Assembly (NCBI GenBank): GCA_965246885.1
Contig: OZ251992.1
Span: 3,072,001 to 3,136,000 of the forward strand
Length of the DNA stretch: 64,000 bases
Source of the DNA: Abditibacterium sp.
GTDB lineage: Bacteria; Armatimonadota; Abditibacteriia; Abditibacteriales; Abditibacteriaceae
Direction of reading: 5' to 3'
Position 1 is the first letter of the stretch. The number at the start of each line of letters is the position of its first letter. The position numbers and the translations under genes were made by a program. Of this stretch, positions 38,492-47,511 are shown one piece after another. The notes under the pieces are model-generated. The model was given only the letters and a program-made list of their open reading frames with translations, ran no database searches and was not told the DNA's origin.

Positions 38492-38637
38492 CGGGCGACC
38501 TCAAGCGCGGCGCGGCACATTCCCGCTAACTATACCCCGATGACCACTTTCTTAAACCGATTTGCGGGTTAAATTTCCCTTTATTTATACGGCGGGCGAA
38601 AAGCGGCAAACTGCGGCACGTTTACTGTGCCCATTCC

Positions 38638-40626
38638 ATGAAGAACTCCTTCGCGCGCGTGGCGACTGCGCTCCTGCTGCTGTTGGCGTTGCAACTGGTC
38701 GCGGTCGCGGCGCGCTTCCATCTGGGCGCCCTGAGCGGAGCGTTTGAGGGCCTCGAACTGCGCTTGCTGGACGCCCGCTTTGGCATACGCGGCGCTAAAT
38801 CCCCGGCGGAGATGGCGCGCATCTCCCAATCGGTCGTCGTCGTGGCGATGGACGACGCGACCGACGGGCGCTTTGGCCACCCCCTGCCGCGCGATGTTCA
38901 CGCCCGCATGGTGCGCCGCCTGCAAAGCGCCGGGGCGCGCGCGGTTTTGTTCGACGTGCTGTTTCTCGACCCCTCGCGCCGCGACGCGAGCGGGGACGCC
39001 GACTTCGCGCGCGCCGTGCGGGAGTCCGGCCACGTCTTCTTGCCCTTCGATACCGCCTCGACCGACCCCGCCGACGCCGCAACTCTGCGCGCCCTGCAAG
39101 CGCGCGCCGCCGTTGGCACCCCGTCCGCCGCGCGCATGGAGCCGTTCCGCCCACCTTTTCCCGCGCTCTTTGACGCGGCGCGCGGTTTGGGGCACGTGGA
39201 CACACAGTCGGATTTGGACGGCAAGTTCCGCCGCTCCGTGCTGCTTCTGGAAAAGGATGGCGTGGCCTATCCCCACCTCGCGCTCGCGGCTCTGGCCGAT
39301 GAGTGGGGCGTGCCACGCGCGCAAATTGCCCTGCGCGGCGACGTGTTGCACGTCGGAACGCATGTCTTCGGGCCGCTTCCGCATCTCGACTCGCGCGGCG
39401 ACGGGCACACAACGCGCAAGTGGCTCTTGCCCCTCGACTTCGCCGGAGGGCGCACGGTCATGGACACGCTCACCCTTTCCTACGGCGAGGTTTTGGACGG
39501 CAAGCATGACGACCACCTCAAAGGGCGCATCGTCCTTATCGGCGAAACCGCGACCGGCACGCCCGACCTGCGCCCCGCGCCTTTCGATGAGCGCGCGAAC
39601 TTTGTGGGCATTCACACCAACGCCACGCTCCTCGCCAACCTGCTCCAAGACGACTATTTGCGCCCCGCGCCGCCCCTGTTAAACGCGGCGCTGGCCGTCT
39701 TGTGCGGGGTGTGCGGCGGGCTAATGGCACTCGCGCTACGGCCCGTGTGGTCACTGGCGGGCGTCTTGTTGCTGGCACTCCTCGCATTTGTGTTCTCGTG
39801 CCTCGCGTTCATATCCGGCGGTTTAGTAGTCGAAACGACGGCGCCGCTTCTGTGCTTGGGCACCTCGGCCATCGGCATGGCCGCGTTTCGCTCGGCCACC
39901 TTCGAGCGCGCGTCCAAGGAAAGCGCCCGCGCGCTCTTGGAAACGCAAACCCTGCTGGGCCACATCGTCAACCCCCGCTTGGCGCGCGAGTTAGCCGCCG
40001 ACCCGCAAAAGCGGTTGGAACTGCAAATCGGCGCGCGCCGCGAGGTGTCCGTCTTGTTTTGCGACATCCGCAACTTCACGCCTTGGTGCGAAACGCAAAC
40101 GCCCGAAGGCGTCAAAAGCCGACTGGACGACTACTTCCCGCTCCTGTGCGAGATTTGCGAGGACGACTACGATGGCTTCATAGACAAGTTCATCGGCGAC
40201 GCGGTCATGGTCGTTTGGAACGCGCACCGCGACCACCCCGACCACGCCGCCCGCGCTTGTGCGGCGGCACTGGCCATGCGGCGCGGCCTCGTCTCGCTCA
40301 ACGACGGCTGGAAAAAGCAGGGGCTGGCGCCCTTTGACATCGGCATCGGCATCGCGTCGGGCGAAGCTATCTGGGGCACTTTCGGCGCCCCCAACCGCAA
40401 AGTCGCGCCTACCGTCTTGGGCGACACGGTCAACGTCGCCGCCCGCTTGGAAGGGTTGTCCAAGCAGTTCGGCCCCATCGTCGTTTCCGCCGCCACCAAA
40501 GACGCGCTGGGCGAAAACTTCCGCGTCCGGCTGGCGGGCGAAGTCGAGATCAAAGGAAAAAGCGAGCGGCAAGCGGTGTATGTGGTGGAAGCGGGCGACG
40601 CTTCGCCCGCGCCGTTCGGTCATTGA
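38638..40626 (+). CDS. CHASE2-domain class III adenylate/guanylate cyclase
   Basis: CHASE2 (P.PR..HA, FDVLF, KGRIVLIG), three TMs, then LFCDIRNFT, DKFIGDA and GDTVNVAARLE. Confidence 0.92.
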   Translation: MKNSFARVATALLLLLALQLVAVAARFHLGALSGAFEGLELRLLDARFGIRGAKSPAEMARISQSVVVVAMDDATDGRFGHPLPRDVHARMVRRLQSAGARAVLFDVLFLDPSRRDASGDADFARAVRESGHVFLPFDTASTDPADAATLRALQARAAVGTPSAARMEPFRPPFPALFDAARGLGHVDTQSDLDGKFRRSVLLLEKDGVAYPHLALAALADEWGVPRAQIALRGDVLHVGTHVFGPLPHLDSRGDGHTTRKWLLPLDFAGGRTVMDTLTLSYGEVLDGKHDDHLKGRIVLIGETATGTPDLRPAPFDERANFVGIHTNATLLANLLQDDYLRPAPPLLNAALAVLCGVCGGLMALALRPVWSLAGVLLLALLAFVFSCLAFISGGLVVETTAPLLCLGTSAIGMAAFRSATFERASKESARALLETQTLLGHIVNPRLARELAADPQKRLELQIGARREVSVLFCDIRNFTPWCETQTPEGVKSRLDDYFPLLCEICEDDYDGFIDKFIGDAVMVVWNAHRDHPDHAARACAAALAMRRGLVSLNDGWKKQGLAPFDIGIGIASGEAIWGTFGAPNRKVAPTVLGDTVNVAARLEGLSKQFGPIVVSAATKDALGENFRVRLAGEVEIKGKSERQAVYVVEAGDASPAPFGH

Positions 40627-40780
40627 GCGGCTTCGTTCGGCCATTGAACAAGTTCGTTCAGTCGTTGAACAAGTTCGTTCAGTCGTTGAACGAGTTCGTT
40701 CAGTCGTTGAACGAGTTCGTTCAGTCGTCGAAGGAAGCCGTTCGGTCGTCGAAGGAAGCCGTCTAACGACCGAACGGCAC
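40612..40780. repeat. 21-bp tandem array (about 8 units, CGTTCAGTCGTTGAACRAGTT) bounded by inverted ends
   Basis: Units start at 40613 and then every 21 bp. Ends CCGTTCGGTC (40612) and GACCGAACGG (40768) are complementary. Confidence 0.88.
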
Positions 40781-40866
40781 GGGGCGGCTCTTGTCGGAAG
40801 AGCCAAGACCCCCCAACTTCGCTGTTAAACTGCGCGGGCTTTTCTCCGCAGGACTTCTTAATTTTC

Positions 40867-41604
40867 ATGGCCGGACATTCCAAATGGAAAAACATACGCC
40901 TTCACAAAGGCAAGGCCGACGCGCAACGCGGCGCGCTGTTTGGCAAGCTGTCGCGCGAACTCACCGTCGCCGCCAAGTCGGGCGGCGGCTCGGCTGACTC
41001 CAACCCGCGCCTGCGCCTCGCCGTCGAAAAAGCGCGCGAAGCGTCCATGCCCGCCGACAACATCAAGCGCGCCATCCAAAAAGGCACCGGCGAACTGGCG
41101 AGCGAAGCCGTCGCGGAGATTACCTACGAAGGCTACGGGCCGGGCGGCGTCGCCGTGCTCGTCGAAACCGAAACCGACAACCGCAACCGCACCGTCGAAA
41201 AAGTGCGCACAGCGTTTTCCAAAAACGGCGGCTCGCTCGGCGAATCGGGCAGCGTCGCGTGGCAGTTCGCGCGCAAAGGCATCTTGAGCGTGGCCCTTGA
41301 GGGAACCGACGAAGACGCCCTCTTCGAGGCGGCCTTGGAATCCGGGGCCGATGAAGTCGAGCGCGAGGATGAGGAGTTCTCGGTTCAAACGGCGCCCGAC
41401 TCCGTGTCGAGCGTCCAAAACGCCCTTGAAGCGGCGGGCTTCAAAGTAACCAACATCGAAGTCGGCTTTATCCCGGCCAATACCATCGAGCTATCGGGCG
41501 AAAACGCCGCCAAGATGCTACGCTTGCTCGATGTGCTCGAAGAGTTAGACGACGTCTCGAACGTGTCGGCCAACTTTGAACTGGCCGGAGGCGAGGAAAA
41601 CTAA
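40867..41604 (+). CDS. yebC: YebC/PmpR family protein
   Basis: MAGHSKW, NPRLR, YEGYGPGG, TDN.NRT and DDV motifs. Confidence 0.95.
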   Translation: MAGHSKWKNIRLHKGKADAQRGALFGKLSRELTVAAKSGGGSADSNPRLRLAVEKAREASMPADNIKRAIQKGTGELASEAVAEITYEGYGPGGVAVLVETETDNRNRTVEKVRTAFSKNGGSLGESGSVAWQFARKGILSVALEGTDEDALFEAALESGADEVEREDEEFSVQTAPDSVSSVQNALEAAGFKVTNIEVGFIPANTIELSGENAAKMLRLLDVLEELDDVSNVSANFELAGGEEN

Positions 41605-41640
41605 ACACCTACAACAGGCCCCGGCCTGTTCTTCACTCTC

Positions 41641-42906
41641 ATGAACTTCAAACCACTTGGCGCCACTTTGGGCGCCCTTCTTTTGGCGACGGCTTTGGCC
41701 GGATGCGGCGGCCCCGGCGGAAACGGCGGCGCCACGACTGGCGGCGCGACGGGCGCCACATCTGCGGGCGGGAGCGACACCATTGCCACCGTCGGAAGCG
41801 GCGCCGTCACGCGCGGGCAACTGTCGCAAACCCTCGAAGGCATCTACGGCGAGCAGGTTTTGCCCCAACTCATTGACACCCAACTCCTCGATGAGGCGCT
41901 CAAAGCCAAAAACGGGAGTGTTTCCGATGCCGAAGTGACCACCGAACTCGCGCGCATCGAAGACCAGAACCCTAACGTCAAGACTCTCGTAGATGGCGGC
42001 GGCGCGCGCGTCGAGGTCATCAAGAACCAATTGCGCCGCAATCTCGTCGTGCAAAAGCTGCTGACCGATGGCATCGCCGCCGACCCGACCAAAGAAAAGG
42101 CGTTCTACACTCAGTTCGCGTCCTACTACAATACCCCTGCGCAGAACAAGCTCGGTCTCCTCGTCGCTTCGACCAAAACCCGCGCCGACCAGTTGGCCCG
42201 CGCGCTTGCAGGCAAGCCCGACTCTTTCGCCGCTCTTGCCGCCGAACAAAAGGGTAAATCCAGCACCGACCCCTTCGCGGGGCAAAGCACCCCCGACACA
42301 GGCCGCTTTGAAGCCCCCGAAGAGTTCGGGACGGCGCGCGGCATCCCCACCCAGTTCGTCGCGCCCGTCGTCAAAGCCCTGGTCACCGCCAAAAAGGGAC
42401 AAATCTTGCCCGTCCAAGCCTTGCGGCCCACCGGCCCGTTCCTCATCGTCAAGGTCGTGGACAGAAAAGAAGCCACTAAACCAGACTTCGCCAAAAATCA
42501 GCCGCAAGTCGAGACCGACTACAAGATGGGACAAGCCGCCCTCGCTGAAATCAAGAAGAACCCGAAAAACCCCGGCACTCTCGAACAAAACGTCAAGCAA
42601 GTCGTGGATTATCTGTCGGCCCCCGACCCGCAGACCGGCCAACCCCGGCCCAAACCATCCCTGCGCGACGCCCTCACTTTCATCCTGCGCCCCGCCAGCG
42701 AAACCCTGCTCGAAAAGCTGCGCACGGGTGGCACCGTCCAAATCGCCGACGCGACTTATAAGACGGTCGCCAAAGCGTATCAGCCCCTTCCCGGCGCCCC
42801 AAGCGCCGTCGGTGGCTCCCCTACGGGCAACGCGGCCACCGGTAACTCCGCCGCGCCCGCTTCTAACTCGGCGGCCACCAACTCCGCCGCGCCTGCCAAG
42901 CCGTAA
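41641..42906 (+). CDS. PrsA/SurA-like foldase lipoprotein
   Basis: Lipobox LAGC, SurA-N-like region and a degenerate parvulin-like domain. Confidence 0.7.
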   Translation: MNFKPLGATLGALLLATALAGCGGPGGNGGATTGGATGATSAGGSDTIATVGSGAVTRGQLSQTLEGIYGEQVLPQLIDTQLLDEALKAKNGSVSDAEVTTELARIEDQNPNVKTLVDGGGARVEVIKNQLRRNLVVQKLLTDGIAADPTKEKAFYTQFASYYNTPAQNKLGLLVASTKTRADQLARALAGKPDSFAALAAEQKGKSSTDPFAGQSTPDTGRFEAPEEFGTARGIPTQFVAPVVKALVTAKKGQILPVQALRPTGPFLIVKVVDRKEATKPDFAKNQPQVETDYKMGQAALAEIKKNPKNPGTLEQNVKQVVDYLSAPDPQTGQPRPKPSLRDALTFILRPASETLLEKLRTGGTVQIADATYKTVAKAYQPLPGAPSAVGGSPTGNAATGNSAAPASNSAATNSAAPAKP

Positions 42907-42921
42907 GGCGGGGTTTGTCTC

Positions 42922-43701
42922 ATGGAATCCTTTGACCGCCTCGCGCAACTGATGGCCCGCTTGCGCGCGCCCGATGGCTGCCCTTGGGACAAAGAACAAA
43001 CGCACGAGTCGTTGCGCCCGTATCTGATCGAGGAGAGCGCCGAAGTGCTGGACGCCATCAGCGAGGGCAACCCGCGCGAGTTGTGCGAGGAGTTGGGCGA
43101 CTTGCTGCTCCAAGTCGTCTTCCACGCACAACTCGCGGCGGAAGTGGGCGGGTTCACGCTCGACGACGTCTGCCAAGGCATCGGCGACAAGCTCGTGCGG
43201 CGCCACCCGCACGTCTTTGGCGACGCCGCCGCGCCAAGCGCCGATGATGTCAAGCCCTTGTGGGAAGCCATCAAGCGCGAAGAAAAAGCCGCGCGGGGCG
43301 AGAAAACTGCCTCCGCGCTCGACGGCGTTGCCACCGCCCTGCCCGCCTTGTCCGCCGCTCTGCACATCTCCAAGAAAGCCGCCCGCGTCGGCTTCGAGTG
43401 GCAAGGTGAGGACGGCGTGTGGGCCAAAGTGCGCGAGGAGTTGGACGAACTGCAAGAAGCGCGCGACGGCGGCGAATCGAAAGCGCGCCAAGCCGAAGAA
43501 CTCGGCGACCTCTTGTTCTCGGTCGTCAACATCGCGCGTTGGCGGCGCGTTGACCCGGAATTGGCGCTACGCGACGTGAACGCCAAGTTTCGCCGCCGCT
43601 TCGAGGCGATGGAGCGCGCCGCCCGCGCTGGAGGCCGCGAGCTTGATTCCCTTTCGCCAGAGGAATGGGAAACTCTTTGGCAAGCCGCCAAACGGGAGTA
43701 A
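42922..43701 (+). CDS. mazG: Nucleoside triphosphate pyrophosphohydrolase MazG
   Basis: GCPWD.EQT, EELGDLL twice and RRHPHVF. Confidence 0.95.
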   Translation: MESFDRLAQLMARLRAPDGCPWDKEQTHESLRPYLIEESAEVLDAISEGNPRELCEELGDLLLQVVFHAQLAAEVGGFTLDDVCQGIGDKLVRRHPHVFGDAAAPSADDVKPLWEAIKREEKAARGEKTASALDGVATALPALSAALHISKKAARVGFEWQGEDGVWAKVREELDELQEARDGGESKARQAEELGDLLFSVVNIARWRRVDPELALRDVNAKFRRRFEAMERAARAGGRELDSLSPEEWETLWQAAKRE

Positions 43702-43710
43702 CCCGCCGCC

Positions 43711-44820
43711 ATGCCCACCCTCGCCGATCTTCTCGTTGCCCTTGACGCCCGTTTCCCCTTCGCGCGCGCCGAATCGTGGGACAAGACGGGCTTGCTCGTG
43801 GGCGAGCGGAGCGCGGAAGTTCGGCGCGTGCTGGTGTGCTACGAGGTGACAAACGCCGCGCTCGACTTGGCGCAAGAGAGCGGCTGCGAGGCGGTCGTGG
43901 CGTATCATCCCCTGATATTTAAGGCGCTGGAAAAGCTCGACTTCGCAGACCGGACGGCTCATTTATGCGCCCGACTGATTCGTCAAAATCAGGGGTTGAT
44001 TTGCACCCATACCGCCCTTGATGGCGCCGCGCCGCCGGGGGCATTGGGCGATGCGCTCGCGGCGCAACTGGGTCTTGTTGGCGCTCGTGTCCATCACCCA
44101 TCGGGCGCGCAAAAGTTAGTGGGCATCACCTACTTCATTCCGCCCGAACAGTTAGAAAGCACCCGCAACGCGGCGTGGGAAGCGGGCGCCGGAAAGGTAG
44201 GAAACTACGACGAGTGCAGCGCGTTGAGCAATAACCTCGGCACATTCCGGCCCTTACCGGGTGCGCGGCCCAGTGTGGGAGCCATTGGCACGCGCGAGGA
44301 AGCGCAGGAAGTGCGCGTCGAATTAATCGCGCCCGAAGACCGCTTTCCCGCCGTCATCGCGGCCATTCAAGGCGCCAGCAAATCGGCGGGGGGATACGAA
44401 GAAGTCGCGTATTTCGTGACTCCACTCCTCAACCGCGACGTCAACCAAGGCTACGGGCCGCTTCGCATCGCGTCTGTTCCAAGCGCATCGGTGGACGAGT
44501 GGAGCGCGCGAGCGCGCTCCAGTTTACATGCCCCTTCCCTGCGCATCGCCCGACCGGATGCGCCCACCCGCTTCGATCATGTCGCGTGCAGCCCCGGATC
44601 GGGCGCGGGTTTCATCGCGTCCCTGCCGCGCGGCACCATCTTCATATCCGGCGATTTCAAGCATCACGACGCCCTGCTCGCCCTCCATCGCGGCGTCGCC
44701 TTGATAGACGTGACGCACGCCGCGACCGAAACCGCTTCCATAGCATTCATGGCGAGCGCGCTCGCACCTTTAGCAGGTCTCGAAGTGGTCAAGGAGGCGC
44801 CGCGCAACCCGTTTGAATAA
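43711..44820 (+). CDS. Nif3-like dinuclear metal protein with PII-like insert
   Basis: AESWD..GL, YHP, HT.LD, AGAG..GNY, GD.KHH and H..TE motifs. Confidence 0.9.
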   Translation: MPTLADLLVALDARFPFARAESWDKTGLLVGERSAEVRRVLVCYEVTNAALDLAQESGCEAVVAYHPLIFKALEKLDFADRTAHLCARLIRQNQGLICTHTALDGAAPPGALGDALAAQLGLVGARVHHPSGAQKLVGITYFIPPEQLESTRNAAWEAGAGKVGNYDECSALSNNLGTFRPLPGARPSVGAIGTREEAQEVRVELIAPEDRFPAVIAAIQGASKSAGGYEEVAYFVTPLLNRDVNQGYGPLRIASVPSASVDEWSARARSSLHAPSLRIARPDAPTRFDHVACSPGSGAGFIASLPRGTIFISGDFKHHDALLALHRGVALIDVTHAATETASIAFMASALAPLAGLEVVKEAPRNPFE

Positions 44821-44859
44821 GGCGCACGCGCCCCCTGCCTTGCCCTCAAACTTTCTCCC

Positions 44860-45549
44860 ATGAACCCCGCCCTTCTCAATTTGCAACACCTTGACTCCTC
44901 CATTTTGGCTTTATCGCGCGCCAAGAAAGCCTTGGACGATGGCACCGCCGCCCGCGCGCGGCGCGACGAAATGGCGCAACTCCTCGCCGCCGCACGCGCC
45001 GAAGCGACGGGCGTCGCGGCCACACGACGCGCGCGAGAAACGGAGCAGGAAGGCATCGAAACCAAAATCACCCGCCAAAAGGCGCGCTTGGCCGGAAGTT
45101 CCAGCGCGGGCGATGTCGCCGCGTTGGAGCGCGATTTGGTCGGGCTGTCCCACGCGCGCGGCGCGCTCGATGAGACCATCCTCGCACTCATGGACGAGGG
45201 CGAAGCGCTGCAAGGGCGCGTCACCCAACTCGAAGCCGAAGCCAAAGTTGCCGAAGCTGAAGCCGCGCGCGTCGAAGCGGAGTTCGCCGCGAAGAGTATC
45301 GAGTTGGACGCGCAGTTGGCGACGCAGCGCGCCAAACGGCCCGCGCTCGCCGCGAAGTTATCGGCCCTCGAAACCGAGAAATACGTCGCCTCCTTCAAAA
45401 AGCACGGCGGACTTGGCGTGAGCGAAGCCGTCAAGGGCGCGTGCAACGCGTGCGGAACGACGATGTCACACGACTTCCTGAAAGTGGCGCCGCGCGAGCC
45501 GTTCCCACAGTGCGAGTCGTGCGCGCGACTAATCTACGTGTCCCCCTGA
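44860..45549 (+). CDS. Coiled-coil protein with C4 zinc ribbon (CT398/DUF164-like)
   Basis: Long coiled coil then CNAC...CESC.RL; usual position next to Nif3. Confidence 0.85.
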   Translation: MNPALLNLQHLDSSILALSRAKKALDDGTAARARRDEMAQLLAAARAEATGVAATRRARETEQEGIETKITRQKARLAGSSSAGDVAALERDLVGLSHARGALDETILALMDEGEALQGRVTQLEAEAKVAEAEAARVEAEFAAKSIELDAQLATQRAKRPALAAKLSALETEKYVASFKKHGGLGVSEAVKGACNACGTTMSHDFLKVAPREPFPQCESCARLIYVSP

Positions 45550-45585
45550 GCGACACACGTCCGCCACCCGCCGACAGAGGCGCGG

Positions 45586-45619
45586 GACTCATCGGCGCGT
45601 ACGCGGACTCATCGGCGCG
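45586..45619. repeat. Dispersed doublet repeat GACTCATCGGCGCG (copy of 16447)
   Basis: GACTCATCGGCGCGTACGCGGACTCATCGGCGCG. Confidence 0.75.
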
Positions 45620-45662
45620 TGCGCGGGAACCAGTGCCAGACGTCTGCCGACGGAAGAACGAC

Positions 45663-46223
45663 CTACGCCAACGGCCCACAGACGCGCGCTTCCGAGAAAA
45701 CGAAGTTCATGCGCCGGTCATGGGCTTCGGTGGGGACGTGGGGGACGATTTGGACGTCGAAACAAACGCCGATGGCGGTCATCGCGGGGGAAAGCGCCCG
45801 GTCATACCAACCGCCGCCGCTTCCCAATCGGCGGCCCTGCGGGTCAAAGGCCAAGCCGGGAACAAGCACGACGGAGGGCACGAGCGGCTCGCCATCGGTC
45901 GGCTCGCGCACACCCCACAAGCCGGGGCGAACAGCATTGAGCGAGGGGAGACGAAAAAACGACATGACGCGCGCGGCCACATCCACGCGCGGAGCGCACA
46001 GGGTGAAGTTGGCAGCGAGGAGGGTCTCAATGAGCGGGTCGAGCGAGAGTTCAACCGGGCGCGCGAGGTAGACGCCGATGACCTCGCTCCCTCGCGCACG
46101 GAGCAAGGGCCACAGGGCATCGGCGAGGGCACGCGCGGCGGCGGTGCGCGTGGTTTCATCGAGTCCTTCGCGGGCGATGCGGGCGGCGCCGCGCAGTCGC
46201 GCTTTGCGTTGAGCGGGGGTCAT
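45663..46223 (-). CDS. 5-formyltetrahydrofolate cyclo-ligase
   Basis: VPGLAFD..G.RLG.GGG.YDR and P.EAHD motifs. Confidence 0.92.
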   Translation of the reverse strand: MTPAQRKARLRGAARIAREGLDETTRTAAARALADALWPLLRARGSEVIGVYLARPVELSLDPLIETLLAANFTLCAPRVDVAARVMSFFRLPSLNAVRPGLWGVREPTDGEPLVPSVVLVPGLAFDPQGRRLGSGGGWYDRALSPAMTAIGVCFDVQIVPHVPTEAHDRRMNFVFSEARVCGPLA

Positions 46224-46373
46224 AACGGAAAGGGAGAGCCTTGTGTGTTATCCTTGAAGGGACGCGCACGCGCGCCACAGGGGAGAAGCCGAGACGCCGG
46301 GGGCGTCGTCGGCTTTTCTTTTGCCTTGTGGCGCATCGGAGCGGGCGCCCAATTTGGAGAACACACCTTTATT

Positions 46374-47510
46374 ATGGCACGAGGAGAAAACGCACTAATC
46401 GCTGTCGCGGGCGCACCCACCGCCGTGACGAACAACGCCATCGCTGGCATTTTGGACGAACTGGGGCAAAGCGACCATATCACCGAAATTTATGGCGCCA
46501 TCACCGGCTTGGCGGGTGCCTTGGACGGGCGCGTGGTTGATTTGGGCGCGCAAAAGCGCAAGACCATCGAAGGGCTACGCCGCACGCCCGGCTCAGTTTT
46601 GGGCGGGCGCGTGCGCTATTTGGGCGACGACGACGCGGCGCCCTTTGTCGCCGCCCTGAAGGGGCGCGGCATCGGCACGCTGTTCCTCATCGGCGGTTTG
46701 CCTGCCGTCGAACTTGGCAAGTTCGCCCTTGCCGCCGCCAAATCGGGAGGCTATGAACTGAGCGTGCTGGTTGTGCCCGCTTCGCCGGAAAACGAAGTGA
46801 CGGCGGGCGATCATTGCATCGGCTACGGATCGGCGGCGCGCGCCGCTTCGGTGGCCGCGCGCGATGGGGCACGCGGCGCACAGGGCGGCGAAGAGCCAAT
46901 CGTGGTGCTTGAAATCGGCGGCGCGGGCGCGGGTTGGCTCGCGGCCTCGACCGCTTTGGCGCGCGACGAATTCAACGCCGCGCCGCACTCCATCTTGTTA
47001 CCTGAACGCCCTGTAGACGTGGACGAACTGGTCGAAGAGACCCGCCGCGCCACCCAGAAGTACGGCTTCGCGCTACTGGTTACGACCGACGGCGCCAGTT
47101 CAACGGCGGGAGATTCGCTGGGTGGCGCCGCGCTCGCGGACATCTTGGCCGACCGCCTCAATTTGCCTTCGCGCTGGGATAAAATCGGGCTAATCACGAG
47201 CGTTTCGGGCGCCAACATCGCCCGCGCCGACGCCGACGAAGCCTACAACTTGGGCGCGCTCGTTGCTAAACTCAGCGTCGAAGACGCTTCTGGCTACGCC
47301 GTCGCGCTCAACAGGGCCGATGAAGGGCGCGGCGAGCGCGGCTACAAAGTCGTCGAAGCCAGCCTGCGCTTGGAGCAGGTCGAAGAGTTTCCCCGCACCT
47401 TACCCGACCATTATATTTCGGCCAGTGGCACCGGCGTGACCGAAGAGTTCTTGGAGTGGGCGCGTCCCCTGCTCGGCGGCGCGTTGCCTGAGTATGCGAC
47501 GTTGGGGTAA
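46374..47510 (+). CDS. Phosphofructokinase-fold protein with degenerate catalytic motifs
   Basis: Collinear with PPi-PFK (PTAV.N, TPGS.LG, DH..GYGSAA, GWLAA, APH.ILLPE, W..PL), but catalytic motifs are substituted. Confidence 0.8.
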   Translation: MARGENALIAVAGAPTAVTNNAIAGILDELGQSDHITEIYGAITGLAGALDGRVVDLGAQKRKTIEGLRRTPGSVLGGRVRYLGDDDAAPFVAALKGRGIGTLFLIGGLPAVELGKFALAAAKSGGYELSVLVVPASPENEVTAGDHCIGYGSAARAASVAARDGARGAQGGEEPIVVLEIGGAGAGWLAASTALARDEFNAAPHSILLPERPVDVDELVEETRRATQKYGFALLVTTDGASSTAGDSLGGAALADILADRLNLPSRWDKIGLITSVSGANIARADADEAYNLGALVAKLSVEDASGYAVALNRADEGRGERGYKVVEASLRLEQVEEFPRTLPDHYISASGTGVTEEFLEWARPLLGGALPEYATLG

Positions 47511-47511
47511 C

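Noticed and set aside
40613..40780. 21-bp arrays (also 61013-61180 and 30078-30231) as CRISPR arrays or heptad-repeat proteins
   Set aside because: There are no 30-40 nt unique spacers. ORFs across them arise in several frames simply from the 21-nt period and overlap real genes.
41545..43491. Long antisense ORFs (648 aa here; also 2334-3896, 20850-22310 and similar)
   Set aside because: They are reverse-strand shadows of well-supported genes, expected at high GC, and carry no motifs.
45441..46373. N-terminal 311 aa of the 689-aa ORF
   Set aside because: It is the antisense shadow of the cyclo-ligase gene; the PFK-like protein starts at ATG 46374.
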